From Candidatus Methylomirabilota bacterium (GTDB lineage: Bacteria; Methylomirabilota; Methylomirabilia; Rokubacteriales; CSP1-6), in the NCBI GenBank assembly GCA_046726415.1, contig JBKPAK010000190.1, positions 1-37,488 on the forward strand: DNA of 37,488 nucleotides, read 5' to 3'. Made by a program: the position numbers and the translations under genes. Shown piece after piece: positions 21,245 to 30,341 of this stretch (positions within the stretch are counted from its first letter, which is position 1; the number at the start of each line of letters is the position of its first letter). The notes below the pieces were generated by a model that was not told the origin of the DNA, did not search any database, and saw only the letters and a list, made by a program, of their open reading frames with translations.

Positions 21245-21300
21245 GGGCTCACCGGTCTGCTGCTATCCGATGCCAATCGGCGCTCATTCCGTCGACCCGG

Positions 21301-21316
21301 AGCAAGGAGCGTGCCC
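21301..21316 (-). promoter_or_regulatory. Sigma54 (-24/-12) promoter of the ABC-puuE operon
   Basis: Minus strand GGGCACGCTCCTTGCT matches YTGGCACGNNNNTTGCW with exact GG-N10-GC spacing, 57 nt upstream of the ATPase start. Confidence 0.7.
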
Positions 21317-21684
21317 TGCCGTATCGAATGGTGCGCGGGGGCGGGGTCCTCGTGTTCTCGCCCGCATGCCACAAGCGCCGGCTCGACAGCGCCGCCGCCT
21401 GACTATCGGGTGAGCACGGACGTGGCTCGCCGCCTGCCGAGTGGGCATGGCCGCTGGATCGCATCTCCCCGTCGATGACGTTGCCGATGATGGCGCGCAC
21501 GTTACCACACGCGCAAGTGAGACACAGCGCGGCCCGGGACCCGCCCGAGAGCTGGCTCGCCTCAGGCGGCGATGGACCCGCTCACTGAGATGCACCGAGA
21601 GGGAGTGGGATTGCCCACGACGGGCTCTTTCGTGTACTGCTGTTCGCAGGCCGGGGTGCCGCCAGCGACACGAGAGATCGGGGG

Positions 21685-22653
21685 ATGGCGATGGATTACA
21701 GCCTCAACCTCGGAACGGCGGGCTGGGGAGTGTGGCATAGCCCGGACGCCGGAAAGTCGTGGGTCCGTCATCGCGCGCCGTTTCCCCTGAATAGCCGGAT
21801 CCAGGCGCTGGTCGTCGTCCCGGGCACGCCCCGCGATGTCCTGGCTGCCGGAGACACCGGACTGTTCGGGAGCCACGACGGCGGCGCGTCCTGGGAGCGG
21901 ATTGGCGCCCCTGGGGACGTGCCGACGATCTGGTCGCTGGCCATCGATCCGTCCGACCGCGGCACGCTCTTCGCGGGGACGCGGCCGGCCGGGGTCTATC
22001 GTTCGCGCGACGGCGGATTACAGTGGGAGCGACTCGATGTGGCGGTCGCAACTCAATGCGCGATCGGGACGCCGTTCGTCACCCGCGTGCTCGTCGACCC
22101 CGACGACCGGCGCACGGTCTGGGCCGGCGTGGAGATCGACGGGGTCTTCCGGAGCTCCGACGGCGGCGACCGCTGGACGCGCGTCGTTCATGGGCTGAGC
22201 GATCTCGACGTCCACGACATGGCCATCGCGCGGACCAGCCCGCCACGCGTGCTCGTGACCACGAACGGAGAGGTGTTCTGGAGCGCCGATCGGGGCGAGA
22301 CCTGGACGCCGATCGGCGTGAAGAAAAAGTGGCCGCTGCCGTACGCTCGCGGCCTCGCGGTGAAGCCCGACGATCCTCGCGTCCTGTTCGCCGGGTGCGG
22401 CGAGACGACCACCGGGGAGACAGGGACCGTGGTCCGCTCAAACGATGGCGGGCAGACGTGGCAGAGTCTGCCCCTGCCCGGCCGGCCCAACGCCACCATG
22501 TGGGGCCTGGCGACGCATCCAGCTGACGCTAGCCGGATCGTCGCGTGGACCCTCTTCGGCGAGGTCTACGTCAGCGAGGACGTCGGTGAGTCCTGGCGCA
22601 AGATCTCCAGAGAGTTCGGGGAAATTCGCGCGGCGGCCTGGCTACCGAACTGA
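21685..22653 (+). CDS. BNR/Asp-box repeat beta-propeller protein (no signal peptide)
   Basis: Seven Asp-box motifs: SPDAGKSW, SHDGGASW, SRDGGLQW, SSDGGDRW, SADRGETW, SNDGGQTW, SEDVGESW. Confidence 0.85.
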   Translation: MAMDYSLNLGTAGWGVWHSPDAGKSWVRHRAPFPLNSRIQALVVVPGTPRDVLAAGDTGLFGSHDGGASWERIGAPGDVPTIWSLAIDPSDRGTLFAGTRPAGVYRSRDGGLQWERLDVAVATQCAIGTPFVTRVLVDPDDRRTVWAGVEIDGVFRSSDGGDRWTRVVHGLSDLDVHDMAIARTSPPRVLVTTNGEVFWSADRGETWTPIGVKKKWPLPYARGLAVKPDDPRVLFAGCGETTTGETGTVVRSNDGGQTWQSLPLPGRPNATMWGLATHPADASRIVAWTLFGEVYVSEDVGESWRKISREFGEIRAAAWLPN

Positions 22654-22684
22654 ACGGCAGCCGTGGCTTGGGCGGAATGATACG

Positions 22685-22758
22685 TCGAGGAGCGCCCGCG
22701 GTTCCCTGGGGCGCGACGAGCGCGGGGGGCTTGGGGAGCCCTGTCGAGGTCTGCCATC
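22685..22758 (+). repeat. Dispersed two-hairpin intergenic repeat, copy 2 (degenerate)
   Basis: TCGAGGAGCGCCCGCGGTTCCCTGGGGCGCGACGAGCGCGGGGGGCTTGGGGAGCCCTGTCGAGGTCTGCCATC aligns colinearly with the other copies. Confidence 0.7.
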
Positions 22759-22777
22759 TCACCAGACGGAGGAGATC

Positions 22778-23890
22778 ATGCGTGGACGACGTCGCCTTGC
22801 GGTCTGGGCTGTGCTGGCTGTGCTCGTCTCGGTCGCGGGGACGCTGATGGCCTCGCCGGTGCGCGCCGCCACCTTCGTCTATGTCGGCAACGCCGAGAGC
22901 AACGAGATCTACGTGCTCCAGCTCGACCGGCAGAGCGGCGACCTCACGATCGTGGAAAAGGTGCCGATCCCCGGTATCGAGAAGCCCGGCACCTCCACGC
23001 CGATGTCGGTGAGCCCCGACCGTCGGTTTCTCTACGTGGGGACGCGTGGCGAACCGAAGATTGCGGCCGGCTTCGCCGTCGACCCGACAAGCGGCAAGCT
23101 CAAGCACGTGGGCAGCGGCTCCCTGGCCGACAGCATGGCCTACATCGCCACCGACCGCACGGGCCGTTACCTCCTCGGCGCGTCGTATCCTGGCCACAAG
23201 GTCACCGTGAACCCGATCGGACCGCCCGGAACCGTGCAACCACCGCACCAGGTGTTGCCGAACTATCAAAACGCGCACGCGATCCTCGCCGATGCGGCGA
23301 ACCGCCGCGTACTGGTACCGACGCTGGGGAACGACCGCGTCAACGTGTTCGCCTTCGATGCGGCGACCGGCTCGCTGGCCCCGGGCACGCCGCCGTCTGT
23401 CGAGGTGAAGGCGAAGGCCGGTCCGCGACATTTCGTGTTCCACCCCAACGGCAAGCTCGTCTACGTCATCGGTGAGCTCGACGGGGCAGTCTACGTGTTC
23501 GATTACGACGCCGGCACGGGGAAGCTCACGGAGAAGCAGGTGGTCAGCGCGCTGCCGCCTGATTTCCAGGGCAAGCCGTCGGCGGCCGATCTGCACATCA
23601 CCCCCGACGGCAAGTTCCTCTACGGGTCGGAGCGCACCTCGAGCACCCTGGCCGGCTTCAAGGTCGATCCGGCGAACGGTACGCTCACGCCCATCGGCAG
23701 CGTGCCGACCGAGAAGCAGCCGCGCGGTTTCAACATTGATCCCTCCGGCCGTTACCTGCTCGCGGTCGGCCAGCTGTCCCACAGCCTGTCGAGCTACGCG
23801 ATCGACCCGGCGAGCGGGAAGCTCACCAAGCTGAAGGAATACGCTGTGGGCCGGAGCCCGAACTGGATCGAGATCGTCGATCTGCCGTGA
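22778..23890 (+). CDS. Secreted lactonase, 6-phosphogluconolactonase (Pgl/YbhE)-like beta-propeller
   Basis: ATG after GGAGGAG; signal peptide ending VRA; SPDRRFLYV, AGPRHFVFHPNGK, AADLHITPDGKFLYGSER, TEKQPRGFNIDPSGRYL. Confidence 0.88.
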   Translation: MRGRRRLAVWAVLAVLVSVAGTLMASPVRAATFVYVGNAESNEIYVLQLDRQSGDLTIVEKVPIPGIEKPGTSTPMSVSPDRRFLYVGTRGEPKIAAGFAVDPTSGKLKHVGSGSLADSMAYIATDRTGRYLLGASYPGHKVTVNPIGPPGTVQPPHQVLPNYQNAHAILADAANRRVLVPTLGNDRVNVFAFDAATGSLAPGTPPSVEVKAKAGPRHFVFHPNGKLVYVIGELDGAVYVFDYDAGTGKLTEKQVVSALPPDFQGKPSAADLHITPDGKFLYGSERTSSTLAGFKVDPANGTLTPIGSVPTEKQPRGFNIDPSGRYLLAVGQLSHSLSSYAIDPASGKLTKLKEYAVGRSPNWIEIVDLP

Positions 23891-23913
23891 GCCAGCCGTG
23901 CGAGCCACGGGAC

Positions 23914-23937
23914 GCGGCAGGGCTGGAGCCCTGCCGC
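23914..23937. terminator. GC-rich hairpin between convergent genes (REP-like / possible bidirectional terminator)
   Basis: GCGGCAGGGCT-GG-AGCCCTGCCGC perfect inverted repeat; no U-tract. Confidence 0.5.
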
Positions 23938-24043
23938 CCGAGGCGAGCTCACGAAAGGCGCGCGAGCCACAGGACGTCTCTACGCCGCCCCAGGGAAGCC
24001 GTCGATGATGAGAGCTCGGACCTCCTGAGCATCACTCCCTCCC

Positions 24044-24931
24044 TCAGCGCCGCGCCGCCTTGAACGTGTCACACTGATCGACCCGGCCAGCGGTCAGCCC
24101 TCGTCGCAGCCACTCCACGCGCTGTGCGGCGGAGCCGTGCGTCCAGCTCTCCGGCACCACGTGCCCCTGGGCGCGCCGCTGCATCACGTCGTCTCCGATC
24201 GCTGCGGCCGCCCGCAAGCCCTCCTCCACATCCCCTGGCTCAAGGATGTTCCGCTGCCGGTGGGCATGATGTGCCCACACCCCGGCGAGGCAGTCGGCCT
24301 GGAGCTCCAGCAAGACCGACATCTCGTTGGCTTGCTGCGGGCTCGCCCGCCGCCGCATGTCCTGGACGCGGTCGGAGATCCCGAGGAGGTTCTGGACGTG
24401 GTGGCCCACCTCGTGGGCGATGACGTAGGCCTGAGCGAAGTCGCCCGGCGCCCCAAAGCGCCGGGCGAGCTCTCGGAAAAAAGCGAGATCGATGTAGACC
24501 TGGCGATCCGGGGGGCAGTAGAAAGGCCCCATCGCCGCTTGTCCCAGCCCGCACGCGGACGGGGTTGCCCCGGTGAAGAGCACGAGCCGCGGCGCCTCGT
24601 AAGGTCGGCCGGAGGCCGCAAAGATCCCGCCCCAAGTATCTTCCGTGTCAGCCAGGATCACCGACACAAAGTCGACCTGCGGATCGGCGCCCGCGCGTCC
24701 CGGAGCCCTGGACCCTCCCGGGTTCGGCCCGGCCGGGTCCCGTGGGGCGGGCGCCTCCGTTGGGGCGCCGCCCAGAATACCAATCAGTTCCAGGGGATTG
24801 ACGCCGGCGACGAGCGCGATTCCCAGAACCAGCAAGAGGCCCAAGCCGCCGAGGCCTCCCACCCGGACCGCCGATCCCATCCCGCGGCGATCCTCTACGT
24901 TCTCGCTCCGGCGTCCCGCTTGCCATCTCAT
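24044..24931 (-). CDS. ypfJ: Neutral zinc metallopeptidase (YpfJ family)
   Basis: RRSENVEDRRG, GPFYCPPD, GDFAQAYVIAHEVGHHVQ, ELQADCLAG, AIGDD, THGS. Confidence 0.92.
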   Translation of the reverse strand: MRWQAGRRSENVEDRRGMGSAVRVGGLGGLGLLLVLGIALVAGVNPLELIGILGGAPTEAPAPRDPAGPNPGGSRAPGRAGADPQVDFVSVILADTEDTWGGIFAASGRPYEAPRLVLFTGATPSACGLGQAAMGPFYCPPDRQVYIDLAFFRELARRFGAPGDFAQAYVIAHEVGHHVQNLLGISDRVQDMRRRASPQQANEMSVLLELQADCLAGVWAHHAHRQRNILEPGDVEEGLRAAAAIGDDVMQRRAQGHVVPESWTHGSAAQRVEWLRRGLTAGRVDQCDTFKAARR

Positions 24932-25020
24932 CGTCCACCTCCGCGCGCCGGCTCAGCCCTTCAGCGCGTCGGGCAACGGCGTCCCGAGAATCCCCAGGAC
25001 CTCAGTTGCGGTGCAAACCT

Positions 25021-25653
25021 TCAGACCGAGAGGATCCGCTCGCTGACGATGTAGCGCTTGTTGGAAGTGTACGGCCGCACCTCCGGCTTCCAGCGGCCGA
25101 TGTCCGAGGTGTCGTTCCAGATCTTCGACATCGGCAGATCCGTGCCCTCGACTTCGTAAGCGCAGAGGTAGCGCGGCTCCCCGGCGGCCGCGGTGCGGTA
25201 GCGCACGGCGTTGACGCACCCAGGCAGCTTGAGCAGTAGCGGCAGGTGCTCGTTGTCGTAGAGCTCATTGAAGAGGGCCTCGCGGTGAGGCTCCACGTCC
25301 ATCATGACCCAGAACACGTACCGGGTCTTTCCGATGAGCGCCGAGTTTCCGCCCACCCACTCGTACATGGCCAGATGCCGATTCATCGTGTGGGGCCGCA
25401 CCGCGCCGGGCCACCGTCCAGCCTCGCCAGCCGCCTTCCACACCGCGCTGTCGACGACCCCCGGCCCGTCCAGCTCGTAGGCGGCGAGGTAGCGCGGCTC
25501 GGTCGGCGAGGGCTGCCGATAGCGGCTGGCCCGCCTGACCCCTGGCACGGCCCGGAGGTTGGGGACGTGCTCCCGGTCATACACATCATTGAAGGTGGCT
25601 TCGTGGTCGTGAGCCACGTCCATCCGGACCAAGTACAGCGCGTGAGCACTCAT
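25021..25653 (-). CDS. Tandem two-domain DUF4286/EthD-like dimeric alpha+beta barrel protein
   Basis: Two internal repeats MDV-x4-E-x2-FN-x2-YD-x-EH-x-P...PG...A-x-RYR...EPRYL-x-AYE. Confidence 0.7.
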   Translation of the reverse strand: MSAHALYLVRMDVAHDHEATFNDVYDREHVPNLRAVPGVRRASRYRQPSPTEPRYLAAYELDGPGVVDSAVWKAAGEAGRWPGAVRPHTMNRHLAMYEWVGGNSALIGKTRYVFWVMMDVEPHREALFNELYDNEHLPLLLKLPGCVNAVRYRTAAAGEPRYLCAYEVEGTDLPMSKIWNDTSDIGRWKPEVRPYTSNKRYIVSERILSV

Positions 25654-25832
25654 GGATCCCTCCCGGGTCGAGGCCGACTGGATTCGCCATCGAGGCCCGA
25701 CGCGTTAGCATAGCCCACCCCCTTGCCGACGTGGTCGCTCCGCATGATCTTGGCCGAGCCGCCCTGACGGAGGAATCGATCGCGGTGGAAGCGTTTTCGG
25801 TGACGAGTCCCCGCCGAGGAAGGGGTTACGGC

Positions 25833-25862
25833 TTGACAGCTGGTCTCGAAGACGCCTACGAT
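25833..25862 (+). promoter_or_regulatory. Sigma70-type promoter of the sugar ABC operon
   Basis: TTGACA (25833-38), 18 nt spacer, TACGAT (25857-62). Confidence 0.55.
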
Positions 25863-25983
25863 CGCCGCGCCCGAGACGGCGACCGCGAGGTCGGCGGGCG
25901 CCGCAAGCGCGAATCGACGCATACGATCGACTCCAAGCCCGTGCTGCAGGCAATGCCGCCAACTGGTTGAGAGGAGGCCACCG

Positions 25984-27303
25984 ATGGCCGCTGACCGATT
26001 CACCCGTCGCACCTTCCTGCGCGCGCTGGCCGCGGGCGCCGCCGCCGGCCCCTTCGTCTGGACTCCGGCTCGAGCGCAGACTTTCACCTGGAAGCGCTTC
26101 CAGGGCAAGGAGCTCTTCCTGCTCCTGACCAAGCACCCCTTCATCGACGTGCTGGAGAGGAATCTCCCCGAGTTTGAATCGCTCTCGGGCATGAAGGTCA
26201 AGTGGGAAACCCTGCCCGAGATCCAAGCGCGGCAGAAGTTGACCGTCGAAATGACGGCGAACGCCGGCGGCATCGACGCCTTCTTCACGTCGCTCCACGT
26301 CGAGAAGAAGCGCTTCTGGAAGGCGGGCTGGTACCACCCGCTGAACAAGTTCCTCCAGGATCAGACGCTCACCAGCCCGGAGTTCGACTGGAACGACTTT
26401 ACTCCGGGGGCGCGGGCCGGCGTAACCCAACCGGACGGGAGCATCTCCGCCCTCGCGGCGTTCGTCGACGCCAACGTGTTCTTCTACCGAAAGGACGTGT
26501 TCGGCTCGAAAGGAGTGACCGCGCCCAAGACCTTGGCCGAGCTGGAACCGTTGGTGCAGAAGCTTCACGGGCCCCCGGGCACCTACGGGATCGTGCTCCG
26601 CGGCCTCAAGAACGCGAACGCCACGCAGTACCCGAGCATCCTCTTCCCGATGGGCGGGACGTACCTGAAGGACGGCAAGGCTGCCCTTGATAGCAAGGAG
26701 CAGGTCGCGGCGCTCGACCTCTATACGCGGCTCCTTCGCCAGTACGGGCCGCCCGGCGTGGTCAACTTCAACTGGTACGAGTGTTCGGCGGCCTTCATGC
26801 AGGGGCAGGTTGCCTGTTACATGGACGGCGTCAACTTCGCGAGTCAGTTCGAGGACGCGAACAAGTCCAAGGTGGTCGGCAAGGTCGGGTACGCGGTCCT
26901 GCCCTCCGGCCCCGGCGGGCATTTTTCGCCGATTTACATCACCGGCATGGCGGTCTCCGCCCAGAGCCGCAACAAGGAAGCCGCGTACCTCTTCGCCCAG
27001 TGGGCCACGAGCAAGGCGAACATGGTGCGGGAGCTGATGTCCGGCGTCGGCGTGGGCCGGAGCTCGACCTGGGACAGCCCCGAGGTGAAGGCCAAGCCCA
27101 AGATGCCCGCCGATTGGTACCAGGCGTACCAGGCCTCGCTCAAGATCGGCCGCCAGGGACTGCCCGAGATCGTCGGCGTCACCGAATACCGTGACATCAT
27201 CGGCGTGGCCATCCAGAAGGGAATCGAAGGGGCGCCGGCGGCGCAGGTTCTCGCCCAGGCGCAGAAGGACTTCCAGGACCTCCTCAACCGGACGGAGAGC
27301 TAG
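25984..27303 (+). CDS. Sugar ABC transporter substrate-binding protein (CUT1), Tat signal
   Basis: TRRTFL Tat motif; FESLSGMKV, FFYRKDVF, PKTLAEL, SKVVGKVGYAVLP; SD GGAGG. Confidence 0.9.
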   Translation: MAADRFTRRTFLRALAAGAAAGPFVWTPARAQTFTWKRFQGKELFLLLTKHPFIDVLERNLPEFESLSGMKVKWETLPEIQARQKLTVEMTANAGGIDAFFTSLHVEKKRFWKAGWYHPLNKFLQDQTLTSPEFDWNDFTPGARAGVTQPDGSISALAAFVDANVFFYRKDVFGSKGVTAPKTLAELEPLVQKLHGPPGTYGIVLRGLKNANATQYPSILFPMGGTYLKDGKAALDSKEQVAALDLYTRLLRQYGPPGVVNFNWYECSAAFMQGQVACYMDGVNFASQFEDANKSKVVGKVGYAVLPSGPGGHFSPIYITGMAVSAQSRNKEAAYLFAQWATSKANMVRELMSGVGVGRSSTWDSPEVKAKPKMPADWYQAYQASLKIGRQGLPEIVGVTEYRDIIGVAIQKGIEGAPAAQVLAQAQKDFQDLLNRTES

Positions 27304-27312
27304 CGCGCGCGA

Positions 27313-28200
27313 GTGCGGACGTCCCTCGGAGGCTGGGCGCACCGGCACGCGCGGTGGCTCTTCCCGGCGCCCGCCGTCCTGCTCGTGGCGGTGATCATCG
27401 TCTATCCGATCGTCTACACGGGATGGATGAGCCTGCAGGAGTGGTTCGCCTCCAGCCTGACCCCCCCGCATTTCATCGGCCTGTCGAACTACGGCAAGAT
27501 TTTCTTCGGCGACACGCGATTCCGGGAGGCGGTGGCGCGGACCATCTACTTCACCGCCCTGGCCGTGGCCGCCGAGACGCTCCTCGGCCTCGCCATGGCT
27601 CTGCTCTTCAACCGCGAGTTCTGGGGGCGGGGATTGCTCCGCACCTTGGCCATCCTGCCCATGGTGGCGACCCCCACGGCCATCGCGCTGGTGTTCGTGA
27701 TGATGTACAACCCGACCTTGGGTGTGGCGAACTATCTATTGTCAGTCGCTGGCCTGTCGCCGTTTCGCTGGACGTATTCGAGCCAGACGGCGCTCTACGC
27801 CCTGGCCCTGGTGGACGTCTGGCAGTGGACACCTTTGATCATGCTCATCGCGCTGGCCGGACTGGCGAGCCTGCCTCGCGAGCCCTACGAGGCAGCCCAC
27901 CTCGACGGCGCCTCGCCGCTTCAGGCGTTCTGGCACATCACCTTGCCGCTGCTGCGGCCGGCCCTCGTGGTGGCCGTCCTGTTCCGATCGATCGACGCGC
28001 TGAAGACCTTCGACATCATCTTCGTCATGACCCAGGGTGGCCCCGCCAACGCCTCCGAGACCATTAACATCTTGCTGTTCAACCAGGCGTTCTCGTACTT
28101 CAACATGGGTTACGCCGCGTCGATGGCCGTGGCCCTCTTCGCCCTCGTCATGGGCGCGTCGCTGATCCTCATCAGGGTGCGGAGATCCGCCACGTGGTGA
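27313..28200 (+). CDS. Sugar ABC transporter permease (MalF/UgpA-like)
   Basis: FIGLSNY, DVWQWTP, EAA loop YEAAHLDGAS, FWHITLPLL, MTQGGP. Confidence 0.9.
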   Translation: MRTSLGGWAHRHARWLFPAPAVLLVAVIIVYPIVYTGWMSLQEWFASSLTPPHFIGLSNYGKIFFGDTRFREAVARTIYFTALAVAAETLLGLAMALLFNREFWGRGLLRTLAILPMVATPTAIALVFVMMYNPTLGVANYLLSVAGLSPFRWTYSSQTALYALALVDVWQWTPLIMLIALAGLASLPREPYEAAHLDGASPLQAFWHITLPLLRPALVVAVLFRSIDALKTFDIIFVMTQGGPANASETINILLFNQAFSYFNMGYAASMAVALFALVMGASLILIRVRRSATW

Positions 28201-29027
28201 GGGCAGGCGCCTGGCGCCGGCGGCTCTCCACCGCCGGCTTCTACGGGCTCGCCGGGCTCTTCATGCTGCCGACCGTCTTCGTTTTCTACTGGATGATCAC
28301 GCTCTCGCTCAAGCCCCAGGTGGAGGCCACGGCCTATCCCCCCAGCTTCGTCCGCTTCAGCGTCACCACGGCCGGATACCGCGAGGTCTTCACCAAGTAT
28401 CCGTTCTTTCTCTACACCTGGAACAGCCTGGTGGTGGCGGTGGGGTGCACGGTGCTGGGGCTGGCCGTGGGGCTGCCGGCGGCCTACTCCATCGCCCGGT
28501 GGCGTCAGCAGCGACTGGCCGTGGTCATCCTGGTGGCGCGGATCATTCCCGGGATCGCCTATCTGATCCCCTGGTACATCTTCTTCCGCCGCCTTCGCAT
28601 GGTCGACACCTATGGCGCGCTGATCCTCACCCACCTCATCGTGGGTCTGCCCATCATCATCTGGGTGATGATCTCGTTCTTCGAGGACGTGCCGGCCGAT
28701 CTGGAGGATGCGGCCCTGATCGACGGCTGCTCGCACCTCGGCGTGTTCTGGCGCATCGCGCTGCCCCTGGTGAAGCCGGGCATCGTCGCCACCGCGATCC
28801 TGTCGTTCGTGTTCTCGTGGAACAACTTCCTCTTCTCGGTGATCCTGGCCGGGCGGGCGACGCGCACCTTGCCCATCGCCGTGTTCAACATGATCTCCTA
28901 CGAGGAGATCAACTGGGGCACGCTGGCCGCCGCCGCGACCCTCATCACGCTCCCGGTGCTCCTCGTCGCGCTCCTCGCTCAGCGGCACATCGTCACCGGC
29001 CTCACCTTCGGCGCCGTGAAGCAGTAA
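28194..29027 (+). CDS. Sugar ABC transporter permease (MalG/UgpE-like)
   Basis: NSLVVA, LEDAALIDGCS, FSWNNFLF, TLPIA, QRHIVTGLTFGAVK. Confidence 0.9.
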   Translation: MVRAGAWRRRLSTAGFYGLAGLFMLPTVFVFYWMITLSLKPQVEATAYPPSFVRFSVTTAGYREVFTKYPFFLYTWNSLVVAVGCTVLGLAVGLPAAYSIARWRQQRLAVVILVARIIPGIAYLIPWYIFFRRLRMVDTYGALILTHLIVGLPIIIWVMISFFEDVPADLEDAALIDGCSHLGVFWRIALPLVKPGIVATAILSFVFSWNNFLFSVILAGRATRTLPIAVFNMISYEEINWGTLAAAATLITLPVLLVALLAQRHIVTGLTFGAVKQ

Positions 29028-29093
29028 CGCTCTCCTCGGCGACGCGGCGCGTGTGGGACAATCGTCCAGGGATCACGCGGAGGAGGCAGCGGG

Positions 29094-29507
29094 ATGATCG
29101 AGCTGGCGACGGCACTGAGTAGGCTGGAGACGGCGGTGAGAGAGCGCGGCCCCGGGGCCTACGTGATGACCGTGTCGGCGGACGGTTGTCCACACGTGAC
29201 CTACGCGCGCGTGCGCTGGGAGGGCGATGGGCTCACCGCGGAGGTCGGGACGCGGACCGCGCTCAACGCACAGGCGAAGCCGATGGTAACCTTGCTGTTC
29301 GCGGTGCGAAACGACCACGACTACAGTTTGATCGTCGATGGTTCCGCCGCCGTCGAACCGGGCGGCCAGCGGCTGTTCCTCACGCCGACCCGCGCCGTGC
29401 TCCATCGTCCGGGCCTCCCCGCCGATCCCGCGTCGTCCTGCGGCGCCGACTGCGTCCCGCTGTTCTTGCCGATGGATCGGCTCGGGCCTCGAACCGGCAC
29501 GAGCTGA
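29094..29507 (+). CDS. Pyridoxamine oxidase-like split-barrel protein
   Basis: AYVMTVSADGCPH, VTLLF, YSLIVDG, PTRAVLHRP, C-terminal CGADCVPL; SD GGAGGAGG. Confidence 0.65.
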   Translation: MIELATALSRLETAVRERGPGAYVMTVSADGCPHVTYARVRWEGDGLTAEVGTRTALNAQAKPMVTLLFAVRNDHDYSLIVDGSAAVEPGGQRLFLTPTRAVLHRPGLPADPASSCGADCVPLFLPMDRLGPRTGTS

Positions 29508-29666
29508 GAGGTCGGGGTCAGTTCCCGCGCGACGCTCGTCCTTGACGGCGCGATGCCGGTCGGCGGAGTATCTCCGGTGCGGCGGCCAGTGTTCACAGAG
29601 GCGATGCCGAGTCCGCGACGCACGCCGGAGAATCCCGAGGGACTGGCCATCTTCAAGGAGGACAGC

Positions 29667-30308
29667 ATGGCGGAGGGAATCGACCTGTTCGAAATCATCC
29701 ACACCACGCGGGCCATGCGGCGGCTGAAGCCAGACCCGGTGCCCGACGAGCTGATCCGGAAGATCCTGCGCGCCGGCGTGTGCGCCGCCAATGGCGGGAA
29801 CACGCAGCGCTGGCGATTCCTGGTCATCAAGGATCCGAAAATCAAGAAGCAGGTGCAGGTCTACTACAAGCGCGCCTTCGACGAGGTCGTCGGGCCGCGC
29901 TATCTCGCGAGCCCTCCGCCGCCCGGTGTCACCCGCGAGCGCTACACGCGGCAGCACGCGGCCGTGGAGCATCTGACCGACCACTTCCACGAAGCCCCAG
30001 TGTGGATCGTCGCGTGCCTCGACGAAGGGTCGGCGACTCCGACGCGCGGATCCGGCGCCTCCATCTATCCGGCCGTGCAGAACATGCTGCTGGCGGCGCG
30101 CGCGCTCGGACTCGGGTCGACGCTGACCACCCGCCACCTGCTCCACGAGAAGGAAGCGGAGGCCGCGCTCGGGCTGCCCCCTGGCGTCCATTCTTACGCC
30201 ATCCTTCCCATCGGCTACCCCATGGGGCGGTTCGGCCCCGTGGGACGTGGGCCGCTCAGCGACATCGTGTACGAAGACCGGTGGGGCCAGCCCTACAAAG
30301 GTCTCTAG
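29667..30308 (+). CDS. Nitroreductase family protein
   Basis: ATG after AAGGAGG; TRAMRRLKPDPVPDE, GGNTQRWRFLVI, SIYPAVQNMLLAARALGLGS, PIGYP. Confidence 0.9.
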   Translation: MAEGIDLFEIIHTTRAMRRLKPDPVPDELIRKILRAGVCAANGGNTQRWRFLVIKDPKIKKQVQVYYKRAFDEVVGPRYLASPPPPGVTRERYTRQHAAVEHLTDHFHEAPVWIVACLDEGSATPTRGSGASIYPAVQNMLLAARALGLGSTLTTRHLLHEKEAEAALGLPPGVHSYAILPIGYPMGRFGPVGRGPLSDIVYEDRWGQPYKGL

Positions 30309-30341
30309 ATCCTCCAAACGGCCTCTGGAAAGGAGCTCATC

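Noticed and set aside
21225..21247. tRNA-Leu-like D-arm (GTGGCTGAGCTGGTAGAC, minus strand)
   Set aside because: No anticodon arm, T arm or acceptor stem follows; it is the start of the ATPase gene.
24953..25020. Possible 3' gene remnant (EVLGILGTPLPDALKG*) upstream of ypfJ; similar weak case at 13770-13850
   Set aside because: Too short to assign to any family without a search.
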